Of a stretch of DNA of 64,000 nucleotides, positions 28,309 through 36,696 are shown one piece after another; within the stretch, counting starts at the first letter, position 1; each line of letters opens with the position of its first letter. The stretch is from Dinoroseobacter sp. (GTDB lineage Bacteria > Pseudomonadota > Alphaproteobacteria > Rhodobacterales > Rhodobacteraceae), in contig OY829366.1 in assembly GCA_963691755.1 (NCBI GenBank), positions 622,534 to 686,533 on the forward strand, in the 5' to 3' direction. Below the pieces are notes generated by a model. That model searched no databases, was not told where the DNA came from, and was given only the letters and a program-made list of their open reading frames with translations. Made by a program: the position numbers and the translations under genes.

Positions 28309-29090
28309 CGCAGGCTGCTGGTCGCTGCCATCATCTGATCGACGGCGGTTATCACTTTTGAGTTCAGTTCGTATCCACGCTGAGCTTCAATTAGCTGGGT
28401 CACTTCCCTGACCGAGTCGACTGAGGAATTTTCCAGATACCCCTGGCGAAAACTTCCAAGTCCGCCGTCACCGGGCGTACCGATGATAGGTGGGCCTGAT
28501 GCGCTGCTTTCAAGAAACAGATTACCCCCAATCGCTTCCAAACCTTTGGGGTTGGTAAAGCCGGCAAGCGTTATCTGCCCGAGCAGCTCCGGCTCCACCC
28601 GATCCCGGAAATGGGCATAGACCTCTCCGTCTGAATTGATGGACAGTCGATGGCTGTCATCCGGGATAACGATTTCCGGAACGATTGGATGGCCGGCGGC
28701 TGTTACGATTACGCCTTCAGATGACCTTTTGAGTGATCCGTCGCGGGTATATCCGGATGCACCGCTGGGCAGTGTCACCTCGATAAGGCCACGGCCTTCA
28801 ACTGCAAGATCCAGGTCACCACCGGTTTCCGCCAACGTGCCCTGCTGCACATCCATAGAGACGGCCGCAGTCCGTACCCCTAAGCCAAGTTGCACACCCG
28901 TCGGTAGTTGTGTTCCATCCGAAGCCGCAATCGTTCCGGGGCTCGCAGCCTGTTGATAGTGAAGATCAGCAAACTCGGCACGGCGTGCGTTATAGCCGGT
29001 CGTATTCATGTTCGACAGGTTGTTCGAAATTACCTCAACCCGCATTTGCTGGGCGTTCATTCCGGTCGCAGCGATGTGCAGTGCACGCAT
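28305..29090 (-). CDS. flgG: Flagellar distal rod protein FlgG
   Basis: The N-terminus is MRALHIAATGMNAQQMRVEVISNNLSNMNTTGYNARR. The C-terminus is GYLENSSVDSVREVTQLIEAQRGYELNSKVI. Confidence 0.95.
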   Translation of the reverse strand: MRALHIAATGMNAQQMRVEVISNNLSNMNTTGYNARRAEFADLHYQQAASPGTIAASDGTQLPTGVQLGLGVRTAAVSMDVQQGTLAETGGDLDLAVEGRGLIEVTLPSGASGYTRDGSLKRSSEGVIVTAAGHPIVPEIVIPDDSHRLSINSDGEVYAHFRDRVEPELLGQITLAGFTNPKGLEAIGGNLFLESSASGPPIIGTPGDGGLGSFRQGYLENSSVDSVREVTQLIEAQRGYELNSKVITAVDQMMAATSSLR

Positions 29091-29116
29091 GTCTCTCTCA
29101 CTTTCATTCGTGAATG

Positions 29117-29833
29117 TTAGGAGCGCCCTAAGGTCTGGATAACGGACTTGATCCTTTGATCCTCACGGTCGAGGAACCCTTTGGTACTTTCATATCGGCG
29201 CTGAACTTCGATCAGCCGCGCGATTTCGGCGATCGAATTGACGTTGGATTTTTCCAAGGCACCCTGAACCAGGTGAATGCCGTCAACCGGTTCCAATTCG
29301 CCACGCACGGCAAACAGATTGCCGCCTCCGCGCTCAAGGTCGAGTTCATCAACCGGTTGCATCAATCCAATGAGCGCAATTGGACGTCCATCTGCGCTAA
29401 GCGTGCCGTCACTCGCCAGAGCGACTTCCGTCCCTGGGGGAACAAACACCGGCGCACCACCCGCATCAAGCAGCTGGTGACCGTCCCCATTTACAAGCAG
29501 GCCATCCTGATCCGGCATGAAATGACCTGCGCGTGTAAGGTATGTATTTCCGTCACGCTCAATCTGAAAGAACCCGGGGCCTTCAATTGCGAAATCAAAC
29601 GTACCGCCTGTGATCTCAATACCTGCCTGATCTAACACGATGCGATGGGCGTTCGCCGCGACCATCGAGAGGGAAGGGGCCTGCGCACCCGCAGACTTCA
29701 CGAATTCGGAAAACACAAGATCTTCACGCCGGAACCCATTGGTGTTGGCGTTTGCCACGTTGTTGGCGATAATGTCCAACTCACGTCTCAAGCCCGTCTG
29801 ACGGCTCAGTGCGGTGTATGCGCTGGTATCCAT
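29117..29833 (-). CDS. flgF: Flagellar proximal rod protein FlgF
   Basis: The N-terminus is MDTSAYTALSRQTGLRRELDIIANNVANANTNGFRRE. The C-terminus is GALEKSNVNSIAEIARLIEVQRRYE. Confidence 0.9.
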   Translation of the reverse strand: MDTSAYTALSRQTGLRRELDIIANNVANANTNGFRREDLVFSEFVKSAGAQAPSLSMVAANAHRIVLDQAGIEITGGTFDFAIEGPGFFQIERDGNTYLTRAGHFMPDQDGLLVNGDGHQLLDAGGAPVFVPPGTEVALASDGTLSADGRPIALIGLMQPVDELDLERGGGNLFAVRGELEPVDGIHLVQGALEKSNVNSIAEIARLIEVQRRYESTKGFLDREDQRIKSVIQTLGRS

Positions 29834-29837
29834 GTGC

Positions 29838-30104
29838 CTAGTATCCCGAGATCAGGGGTAGGATATTTTCGTGAAAAAACCGTGTTAAGGCTTCGGTCAT
29901 GAAGCCCATCGTGGCCCAGAAGACAGCAAGCATTGCAGCGACCTTAGGCACGAAGGTCAGGGTCATTTCCTGAACGGATGTCAGTGCCTGGAAAAGGCCA
30001 ATCGTGACGCCTGCAAGGAGTGCAACGACAAGCATGGGCGCTGAAATCTTTACAGAAACCCAAAGCCCATGCCGGAGCGTGTCGAAGAGAATATCAGCAA
30101 CCAT
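29838..30104 (-). CDS. fliQ: Flagellar export gate protein FliQ
   Basis: The product is 88 aa with two TM segments. It has the conserved motif GLFQALTSVQEMTLTFVPK. Confidence 0.93.
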   Translation of the reverse strand: MVADILFDTLRHGLWVSVKISAPMLVVALLAGVTIGLFQALTSVQEMTLTFVPKVAAMLAVFWATMGFMTEALTRFFHENILPLISGY

Positions 30105-30107
30105 ACT

Positions 30108-30386
30108 TTAGACCGGCATCCTCAGGATTTCCTGATAGGCCTCGACGACTTTGTCTCGAACAGTGACCGCTGTTTCAACGGCCAGTTCGGTCTGTGCCAA
30201 GGCTTGCACCAGAGAATGCGGATCGGCGTTTCCGGACATGGCGGCCATTGCTGTCGCCTCGCCTTCACGTAATGTTGTTGCGAAGTCCCGCAGCGCGGTC
30301 GACCCGGTTGAAGCCGCCGAGTTTGGTGTGGTTGCCTGGCGCATGCCTGCGTAGTGCTGGGCCGCAAGGGAGGTTCTCAAATCCAT
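30108..30386 (-). CDS. fliE: Flagellar hook-basal body complex protein FliE
   Basis: The product is 92 aa with the C-terminus ELAVETAVTVRDKVVEAYQEILRMPV, typical of FliE. It sits between flgC and fliQ. Confidence 0.88.
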   Translation of the reverse strand: MDLRTSLAAQHYAGMRQATTPNSAASTGSTALRDFATTLREGEATAMAAMSGNADPHSLVQALAQTELAVETAVTVRDKVVEAYQEILRMPV

Positions 30387-30417
30387 TGTGATCCTCGGGT
30401 GTTGGAAATTTCTGAGG

Positions 30418-30810
30418 TCATCGACGCAGCAGCTCCAGTAGAGATCGTGTCATTTGCCGTGCGTTATCGAAACTGCGCAGGTTAGCCTCGTAACTGCGTT
30501 GGGCTTCGCGCGCGTCTGCCATCTCGATGGTCAGGGTGACGTTTGAACCTTCATAGAGTCCATCGGCATTGGCCAAGGGATGGGAGGGGTCGTGGATCAT
30601 TGGGAGTTCGGACGTGTCCAGACGTTGCGGACCCAGGCGCACTCCGCCCTGCCCGTCAATTTGTGGAAGAAGCGCTTCAAATGTGGTCAGCTTTCGCCTG
30701 TAGCCCGGTGTGTCTGTATTGGCGACATTTTGTGCCACCACATTCAGGCGGCCCGCCTGTGCGGTAAGACCACTGCTTGAAATTGCCAATGCGCTTTTGA
30801 GATCGTTCAT
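30418..30810 (-). CDS. flgC: Flagellar basal-body rod protein FlgC
   Basis: The N-terminus is LAISSSGLTAQAGRLNVVAQNVANTDTPGYRRK. The C-terminus is MADAREAQRSYEANL. Confidence 0.95.
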   Translation of the reverse strand: MNDLKSALAISSSGLTAQAGRLNVVAQNVANTDTPGYRRKLTTFEALLPQIDGQGGVRLGPQRLDTSELPMIHDPSHPLANADGLYEGSNVTLTIEMADAREAQRSYEANLRSFDNARQMTRSLLELLRR

Positions 30811-30819
30811 GGTCCCCTC

Positions 30820-31200
30820 CTATCGTCCGCGACCAAGGCTCGTGCGTAATACACCCAGCGTGCTTCGGTAGACCGAGAGAGCGAGATCGTGTTGTTGGCG
30901 GATTTCGACGCTTCGCAGCATCTCGCGTTCCAGCGAAACGCTGTTGCCATTCGGAGAAACGGACGCGTCGAGATCCAAGGCTTCTGCGAAGCTGCTTGTT
31001 TGGTCAAAATGTTGGTGGGACGGGCGGGTCCGACGCAAATGCAAATCGGACTGAACATCGATTGTGAACGGCGTAAGGTCCGAGGCTCGATATCCGGGCG
31101 TATCAGCATGTGCGACATTGCGAGCTGCAATTGATTGCCGGTGCCCAGCATGCTGAGCCAACGCACCTGCTATCCGTATCACATCAATAGTTTCGCGCAT
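30820..31200 (-). CDS. flgB: Flagellar basal-body rod protein FlgB
   Basis: It has the N-terminal motif HRQSIAARNVAHADTPGYRASDL. It is the first gene of the flgBC-fliEQ-flgFGAH operon. Confidence 0.9.
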   Translation of the reverse strand: MRETIDVIRIAGALAQHAGHRQSIAARNVAHADTPGYRASDLTPFTIDVQSDLHLRRTRPSHQHFDQTSSFAEALDLDASVSPNGNSVSLEREMLRSVEIRQQHDLALSVYRSTLGVLRTSLGRGR

Positions 31201-31263
31201 CGGGGTTCTCCCTCGATTGGTTCAACCAAGGCTTAACCCTGATTCCTTTAGAAACCGTAATCG

Positions 31264-32670
31264 GTGCAACGGATGAACTTGGAAAAGGCGAACTACGATA
31301 TGGAACCAGATTTTGGACCGCTGGTACGCCAGGTTTCAGCATTGTGCGCTCACACGGTATCAGGGCGCATTACCCGCGTCGCAGGCGGGCTTCTTCACGT
31401 GAATGGTTTGAACCGTATAGGGGCGATCGGGGATCGTGTTACGATTGGACCCAAAAGCAACCGACCACTTTCTGCTGAAATTTTGCGATTGGAAACCAAC
31501 GAGGCAGTGTTGCTTGCAGAAGGGGATATAGACGGAGTTACAATTGGCACGCCTGTCCAGTTCGTTGGTCAGTCGTTGGTTTATCCTTCACCTCAGTGGA
31601 TTGGAAAAGTTATCGATGCCTACGGATGCGACCCCGAAGGTACGCCGATGCCAAAAGGCGAGAAAGGCTACCCGTTGCGTGCCAAACCCGCATCACCAAT
31701 GTCGCGCCGCTCACTTGGAGAACGGTTGGAAACTGGTCTGCGTGGGATTGATACATTCTTGCCAATGGTCCGTGGCCAACGGTTAGGGCTTTTCGCGGGG
31801 TCTGGTGTCGGAAAATCAACATTTCTTGCTGGCTTGGCACGAAACGTAGCTTCAGACCTTACAGTGATTGCATTGATTGGAGAACGCGGTCGAGAGGTGC
31901 GCGATTTCGTCGAAAACGTTCTGGGTCCACGAGGTATGAAACGTGCGATCGTTGTGGCAGCAACGTCTGATCAACACGCGCTTACAAAACGTCGTGCTGC
32001 ACATCTTGCGATGACCATCGCTGAATATTTCAGGGATGTTGGCGCTCAGGTGACATTCTTGTGCGATTCCATCACCCGTTTCGCGGATGCGCATCGCGAT
32101 GTCGCACGATGCGCTGGGGAAAGCGCGACAGATATTGGGTATCCCCCATCGACATCGCAAATGGTGATGGACCTTTGTGAGCGTGCTGGACCCGGAACAG
32201 AAAGGCAGGGGGACATATCTGCTTTGTTCAGTGTCTTAGTTGCAGGATCGGACATGGACGAGCCTATTGCCGATCTGATGCGGGGAATACTGGATGGCCA
32301 TATCGTTCTTGATCGCGAGATCGCTGAACGTGGCCGATTTCCAGCCATCAACGTGTTGCAGTCAGTATCGAGAAGCTTACCGAAAGCTGCAACCGAACCA
32401 GAGAATGACCTCATAAAAGAAGCTCGTAGCCTGTTGAAGCAGTACGAAGATGCGAAACTGATGGTGCAATCCGGGCTCTATAGACCTGGCACCGATGCTG
32501 ATCTGGATCGTGCATTGTCAAGATACAAACCTCTTGACGAATTCATCGGGGAGATCGGGAGCGGCGGCATCGAAGCCAGCTTCCAAAAACTTACTCATAT
32601 TTTAGATGGGGGTTCGATATCTCTGCGAAGCGAGCTTCTCGGTTCAAGAGAAGAGGGGTCGGCCGGGTGA
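31264..32670 (+). CDS. fliI: Flagellum-specific export ATPase FliI
   Basis: It has Walker A (GLFAGSGVGKSTFL) and a Walker B region (VTFLCDSITRFA) in an F1/T3SS ATPase fold. The start is ambiguous: GTG 31264, ATG 31273 or ATG 31300. Confidence 0.93.
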   Translation: MQRMNLEKANYDMEPDFGPLVRQVSALCAHTVSGRITRVAGGLLHVNGLNRIGAIGDRVTIGPKSNRPLSAEILRLETNEAVLLAEGDIDGVTIGTPVQFVGQSLVYPSPQWIGKVIDAYGCDPEGTPMPKGEKGYPLRAKPASPMSRRSLGERLETGLRGIDTFLPMVRGQRLGLFAGSGVGKSTFLAGLARNVASDLTVIALIGERGREVRDFVENVLGPRGMKRAIVVAATSDQHALTKRRAAHLAMTIAEYFRDVGAQVTFLCDSITRFADAHRDVARCAGESATDIGYPPSTSQMVMDLCERAGPGTERQGDISALFSVLVAGSDMDEPIADLMRGILDGHIVLDREIAERGRFPAINVLQSVSRSLPKAATEPENDLIKEARSLLKQYEDAKLMVQSGLYRPGTDADLDRALSRYKPLDEFIGEIGSGGIEASFQKLTHILDGGSISLRSELLGSREEGSAG

Positions 32671-32880
32671 GCGTATAATTAACCTATAGCCATGTTGGTA
32701 AAGACCGAACGAAAGATGTGCTCGAGTGTTTCGGAATTTTTTTGCGTCGTTCAGACCAATGTTTTGCCCGTGACAGGCTGACATCTCCGTGTCGTCAACG
32801 TGTTCTACAGCAACCCAAAGAGGGTTCATAATAGGTTCGTTTGGAGCTTATGGATCAAAGTTAAAGAACCTTGTGTTTTA

Positions 32881-33684
32881 CTAGTTGGGAGCGCTTCGAA
32901 GGAGAGCGAGCGCAACGCTATTCCGGGAGTTGCCAAGCTGTGAGCTTTCGCCCGTTGATGCCCTCGCAAAAAACTGCCGTGTCAGGTCCTCTAACTTTTC
33001 CGGATTGGTGAATATTGATAGATCGGAGCTGCCAAAGAAGATGTCTGCGCGCGACTTGAAGGTTCTAAGTTGCCGATCGAGGTCGAGAGCCGCAAAACTG
33101 TCTGGTAGGCCTAGAGCGACTTCAAATACTTTGCGAAGTGGTGCCTGTCCCATTACTGAGAACCATTTGGTATCGTTGGAACTATCATTTGCTGCAAGTA
33201 ATGGCAGCTCTCTTTGTAGGCCAAGTGCAAGTCGCATGTTGGTATTCTGATTGCCGACCGCTGTCTCAAAACTTCGATCAAGGTATGATTGAACAATCTG
33301 TTCCCCGAAGCCAACCCTCAAAGGGCCAGGAATGGAGGGATCACCAAACCCAAATGCTTCCGACATTGCGCGGTATCGCTTATCCGATAGGCGGTTAGAA
33401 AGCGCCTCTTGGTTCGTCGTCCCGTCTTCAAGAATTTTTCTGATGAAGAAGGTATTATCTAGGTCAGCTTCTAATCCGAACGCCCCGAGCGCGATCTTGC
33501 GCAAGGTTCTGTCCCCAACCAATGCCTCCGCAGATTGAATTGTGGTAATGCGTTCTTTAAAATATCCAATTTCACGTTGTGTCGCTGTATTTTGTGAATG
33601 CGTTTCTCGTTGGACTTCTTGTGTTCTCTGAAGAAACTTCCAACCTGCTAAGCCACCAAATGGAACAATTGGCTGAAAGCTCAA
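32881..33684 (-). CDS. DUF1217-like flagellar-cluster protein of unknown function
   Basis: The ORF track extends the ORF to 33771. I prefer TTG 33684, which overlaps the flbT stop (TTGA). That start gives MSFQPIVPFGGLAGWKFLQRTQEVQRE..., which matches my memory of the DUF1217 N-terminus found next to alphaproteobacterial flagellin regulators. Confidence 0.6.
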   Translation of the reverse strand: MSFQPIVPFGGLAGWKFLQRTQEVQRETHSQNTATQREIGYFKERITTIQSAEALVGDRTLRKIALGAFGLEADLDNTFFIRKILEDGTTNQEALSNRLSDKRYRAMSEAFGFGDPSIPGPLRVGFGEQIVQSYLDRSFETAVGNQNTNMRLALGLQRELPLLAANDSSNDTKWFSVMGQAPLRKVFEVALGLPDSFAALDLDRQLRTFKSRADIFFGSSDLSIFTNPEKLEDLTRQFFARASTGESSQLGNSRNSVALALLRSAPN

Positions 33685-34082
33685 TGAGACGCCGCCATTA
33701 ATCGTTCTTCCCTGGGAAGCAGTGACCGAAGTGATTTCAGGGCTTGGTATATGTTTCCTGCCGCGACCCATCTTGTAGCGTCCGAAAGAAGGGTACGACT
33801 GTCAGGATCGCGAAAAACCTGGCTGAGCTGCTCAATGCCAAGAAGAAGCTGCTTTTTACCTTCGTCAGTCGGTGCATCACCGGATAAGATCAGCTGCGCG
33901 ACATAACAGACACGCTTGACTGGTGTTTTGGCTTCATCTGGATGAAGGGCGTCACGAAGCCTCAATACGTTGGCGTCGGGGGTCAGGATACTGAACCGAG
34001 CCCTGCGCTCACCGTTTACCAACACCGCTCCGTTTACCAACACGCGTTCGCCGGGCGCAAGTTTTAGAACAAGGCCGGTCAT
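33681..34082 (-). CDS. flbT: Flagellin synthesis repressor FlbT
   Basis: The N-terminus MTGLVLKLAPGERVLVNGAVLVNGERRARFSILTPDANVLRLRDALHP is the characteristic FlbT N-terminus. Its start overlaps the flaF stop. Confidence 0.9.
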   Translation of the reverse strand: MTGLVLKLAPGERVLVNGAVLVNGERRARFSILTPDANVLRLRDALHPDEAKTPVKRVCYVAQLILSGDAPTDEGKKQLLLGIEQLSQVFRDPDSRTLLSDATRWVAAGNIYQALKSLRSLLPREERLMAASH

Positions 34083-34456
34083 TCTGCCTGCACTCCCGGG
34101 CAGAGGCCCTCCATGACCGATGAATTTACATCAATAAGCACTTTGACATCTGCCTCACCTTTAAAAACTTTTCTCGTTTGATGCGCAGTAAACTCGGCAA
34201 GATAAAAGATTTGCGCCCTTAGTTTTTTGGGTAACGCGTTTCCTTCGTCGGCAACGAAAGCTGCAAGATTAGTCCAAAGGATGCGATTGGTGTGCAAGGC
34301 ATCAGCAAAGGCTTGGAAATCGTGCTTCTGGTTAGTGTCTGAGACGATCAACTTGCGAGTTGCTCGTGCGAGCAATTCGTATTCGGTGGCTCTGGGTGTT
34401 TTTGTTGTGAGTTCTGGTCGAGTGTACGCGGCTTGCGCCGTATTGGAGGCGGTCAT
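34079..34456 (-). CDS. flaF: Flagellin synthesis regulator FlaF
   Basis: The product is 125 aa with TPRATEYELLARATRKL...ALHTNRILWTNLA...LPKKLRAQIFYLAEF, typical of FlaF. It is paired with flbT downstream of the flagellin gene. Confidence 0.88.
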   Translation of the reverse strand: MTASNTAQAAYTRPELTTKTPRATEYELLARATRKLIVSDTNQKHDFQAFADALHTNRILWTNLAAFVADEGNALPKKLRAQIFYLAEFTAHQTRKVFKGEADVKVLIDVNSSVMEGLCPGVQAE

Positions 34457-34491
34457 TTAAGGCCCTTTAATCAGAAATTTGTGTTCATTGT

Positions 34492-34514
34492 AGTCCGGGG
34501 AAAAACCCCGGACT
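34492..34514 (-). terminator. Perfect 9-bp stem-loop 12 nt downstream of the flagellin stop (possible terminator or 3' stabiliser)
   Basis: The minus-strand RNA is AGUCCGGGG-UUUUU-CCCCGGACU. No U-tract follows. It sits between the flagellin stop (34526) and the flaF start (34456). Confidence 0.5.
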
Positions 34515-34525
34515 GTGGTTCTCTC

Positions 34526-35818
34526 TTATCGGAAGAGTGATAGAACACTCTGAGGCGCTTGGTTCGCGATAGACAATGCTTGGATGCCCAACTGTTGCTG
34601 TACCTGCAGCGCCTGAAGGCGTGCTGACGCTTCCTCCATGTCAGCGTCAACTAATGATCCAATTCCCGACTTCAGTGCTCCACTTAGCTCTGATACAAAG
34701 TCTGACTGAATCTCAATACGCGCTTGAGCTGAGCCGAAACTTGCGGATGCGTCAACCGCTGTTTGAATCATCGTTTCGATATTTGTTAGCGCGGTTGCGG
34801 CGTCACTTGATGTCAATACGCTCATGCTGGACAGAGCTGTGAGCCCTCCTGAGCCACGCGTTCCGCCTACCGAAAAGGCAACGTCAGCATTGGTATTATT
34901 GGAGATTTCTAACTCGCCGTCAGTAGAAATATCGAGTGTGAAGTCAGAAGAACTTAGGCCTGCATTGCTCAGATCATTTTTCAATCCTGACGCGACTGAT
35001 GCAGCTGTATCACCTTCCTGAATGACATATTGCCCTGTTACGTTGCCGACTGTCAGACTGACCTGGTCGCCAGTCATCAAACCGCCGGCCACCGATGAAT
35101 CAAGACCGGGGGTGGTAGCGCGAAGTGCTGTGGCACCCGTTGAGCCACCTGACGCATCAAGAAACGAAAAGCTGTCGAGTTTGATCGTATCGTTGGCAGA
35201 GCCGCTATCGAATGCGTCAATTACGCCGCTCGTACCACTATCAGTCGTAACATCGATTGCATTGGTACCCAACGACGTACCGCCTGTTCTGGACAGGTTC
35301 TGAGCATCAACCCCAATCGAAGTTGTTGTTACGGAACCAGATGAATCGCGGTTCAGTGACGCCAATATATTTACGCCAGTCTGACCATTTGTGTTCGTAC
35401 TTGTAACGGAGCCGTCAAGCAGGTTCAGGCCGTTGAATTGTGCTGCTTCAACAACCGAGCTGATTTGGTCAGTGAGCGCTGTAATCTCCGTCTGGATTTT
35501 TGTCCGATCAACATTGTCTTGCTGTGCCGCGACGACTTTACCTTTGATTTCTGTCAGCAATGACGTCACCGTCTCGGCACCCTTCCGTGCGACTGCGACT
35601 GTGGATTCACCCAAAGATAAGCTTTCCGAAATTGCCGTGAAGCCCTTCACGTCTGCTTCCATGACCTTCGAGATTGCCCAAATAGCCGAACTATCTTTTG
35701 CAGATGCGACCGACTTACCCGTCGAAATCTCAGCTTGGGTTTTTTCTAGGTTGGTATTAATAGACTTCAGAGTTTGTAGCGCAACCATCGCGCTGTTATT
35801 AGTAAGAATAGACGACAT
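34526..35818 (-). CDS. fliC: Flagellin (alphaproteobacterial type), the only copy in the window
   Basis: The N-terminus is MSSILTNNSAMVALQTLKSINTNLEKTQAEISTGKSVASAKD. The C-terminus is ARLQALQVQQQLGIQALSIANQAPQSVLSLFR. The central domain is S/T/G/D-rich and variable. Confidence 0.95.
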   Translation of the reverse strand: MSSILTNNSAMVALQTLKSINTNLEKTQAEISTGKSVASAKDSSAIWAISKVMEADVKGFTAISESLSLGESTVAVARKGAETVTSLLTEIKGKVVAAQQDNVDRTKIQTEITALTDQISSVVEAAQFNGLNLLDGSVTSTNTNGQTGVNILASLNRDSSGSVTTTSIGVDAQNLSRTGGTSLGTNAIDVTTDSGTSGVIDAFDSGSANDTIKLDSFSFLDASGGSTGATALRATTPGLDSSVAGGLMTGDQVSLTVGNVTGQYVIQEGDTAASVASGLKNDLSNAGLSSSDFTLDISTDGELEISNNTNADVAFSVGGTRGSGGLTALSSMSVLTSSDAATALTNIETMIQTAVDASASFGSAQARIEIQSDFVSELSGALKSGIGSLVDADMEEASARLQALQVQQQLGIQALSIANQAPQSVLSLFR

Positions 35819-35837
35819 GCGTTTTTCCTTCGCTCGA

Positions 35838-35856
35838 GCGGTGCTTTTTGCACCGC
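35838..35856 (-). promoter_or_regulatory. Stem-loop in the flagellin 5' leader
   Basis: GCGGTGC-AAAAA-GCACCGC (minus-strand sense) forms a 7-bp stem. It ends about 20 nt upstream of the flagellin ATG (35818), next to the GAAGGA Shine-Dalgarno-like motif. Confidence 0.4.
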
Positions 35857-35871
35857 GATACTCTTTCTGGT

Positions 35872-35888
35872 CTTGTCAAACAGACAAG
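35872..35888 (-). promoter_or_regulatory. Second inverted repeat upstream of the flagellin gene
   Basis: CTTGTC-N5-GACAAG is a perfect 6-bp inverted repeat 54-70 nt upstream of the flagellin ATG. It is either leader RNA structure or an operator. Confidence 0.3.
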
Positions 35889-35973
35889 GCCCGCGACGTC
35901 ATTCTGACGGTCCCCGCCACACAGATGTTTTGGGTGCATCGCATTTCGATGTGAGGAAACATTCGCACCCGGT

Positions 35974-35990
35974 TCCTAATGGGGTCCTAA
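35974..35990 (-). promoter_or_regulatory. Direct repeat TTAGGA-N5-TTAGGA (TTAG-N7-TTAG) upstream of the flagellin gene
   Basis: The minus-strand sequence is TTAGGAccccaTTAGGA, with 11-bp periodicity. It lies about 155-170 nt upstream of the flagellin ATG. Confidence 0.25.
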
Positions 35991-36037
35991 CGGCGCTGAA
36001 CAAGTTCGGGCGAAATCAAATCAAATTAATAATAACT

Positions 36038-36379
36038 TCAGAGGCTTCTCTCTAAGAAAGGGATATGTTCAATGCTTTGCGAAACCTGTCCATTCCCGCT
36101 GTATGTTCTGAACCCAGTGCCACCTTGACCGCCGCGCAGGCGTTTGCGCGCGTCGCGTAACCCGGCTGAAGCCGCTTCGAAAAGCCTTGAATTTGCCTTT
36201 GCCAGATCGGAGATGCCTTTTAACGAAAGAAAATCCGCGCTTGTACTTGTGCCAAGTTTCTCCAGAAGTCTGGATTTGGTCTCTGCTAGCTCAGCAATCT
36301 CGTTCAGCTTCCCTGCGAGTAATAATTCACGTTCTTCCATCAACAACTCATGCAGGGGACCAAAGGACGTCGCACTCAT
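36038..36379 (-). CDS. FlgN-like flagellar chaperone candidate
   Basis: The product is a 113-aa helical protein (LHELLMEERELLLAGKLNEIAELAETKSRLLEKL) resembling the FlgN-family N-region. Its start overlaps the stop of the rod-binding gene. Confidence 0.45.
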   Translation of the reverse strand: MSATSFGPLHELLMEERELLLAGKLNEIAELAETKSRLLEKLGTSTSADFLSLKGISDLAKANSRLFEAASAGLRDARKRLRGGQGGTGFRTYSGNGQVSQSIEHIPFLERSL

Positions 36380-36648
36380 TGTTCTGCGGCAATCAAAGCG
36401 CGGGCAATCTGTTCCGACAAACCAATCCCTCCGGCCTTACTCATCTCGTCTGCATATGCGCGGCGTAAGAACGTACCGAATTGCTCTTCACCCTCTCCAC
36501 CACCGAATTCAGATGGCGCATCTCCAACACCGCTGGATTTGAGAAGCTCAGCCAGAAAATGGCTTTCAAGTTTTTCTGCAATTGCTCGTTCAGAAGAATT
36601 TCTGGTGTTCTGCGACGTGGCGGTTAGCAGGTTCAAATGTGTTTGCAT
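36376..36648 (-). CDS. flgJ: Rod-binding protein (FlgJ N-terminal-domain-only type)
   Basis: The product is 90 aa. It has a Rod-binding-domain-like segment (AEKLESHFLAELLKSSG...FGTFLRRAYADEMSKAGGIGLSEQI). It has no muramidase domain. Confidence 0.65.
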   Translation of the reverse strand: MQTHLNLLTATSQNTRNSSERAIAEKLESHFLAELLKSSGVGDAPSEFGGGEGEEQFGTFLRRAYADEMSKAGGIGLSEQIARALIAAEQ

Positions 36649-36696
36649 GCTGGTAAATGCCTCAAGATCAAATTTTCACCATTAAACGCGTTGGTG

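Noticed and set aside
32644-32829. A 61-aa minus-strand ORF lies in the fliI/DUF1217 convergent spacer. A weak hairpin plus T-run is present around 32705-32742.
   Set aside because: The ORF overlaps the fliI 3' end, has no ribosome-binding site that I can see, and has no recognisable features. The hairpin is only about 5 bp with a large loop, which is too weak to call a terminator.
35880-35905. A perfect -35-like TTGACA (minus strand) lies upstream of the flagellin gene, which might indicate a sigma70 promoter.
   Set aside because: The best downstream -10-like hexamer (TATCGC) is only 13 nt away, so the spacing is wrong. The TTGACA is part of the CTTGTC/GACAAG inverted repeat reported separately.
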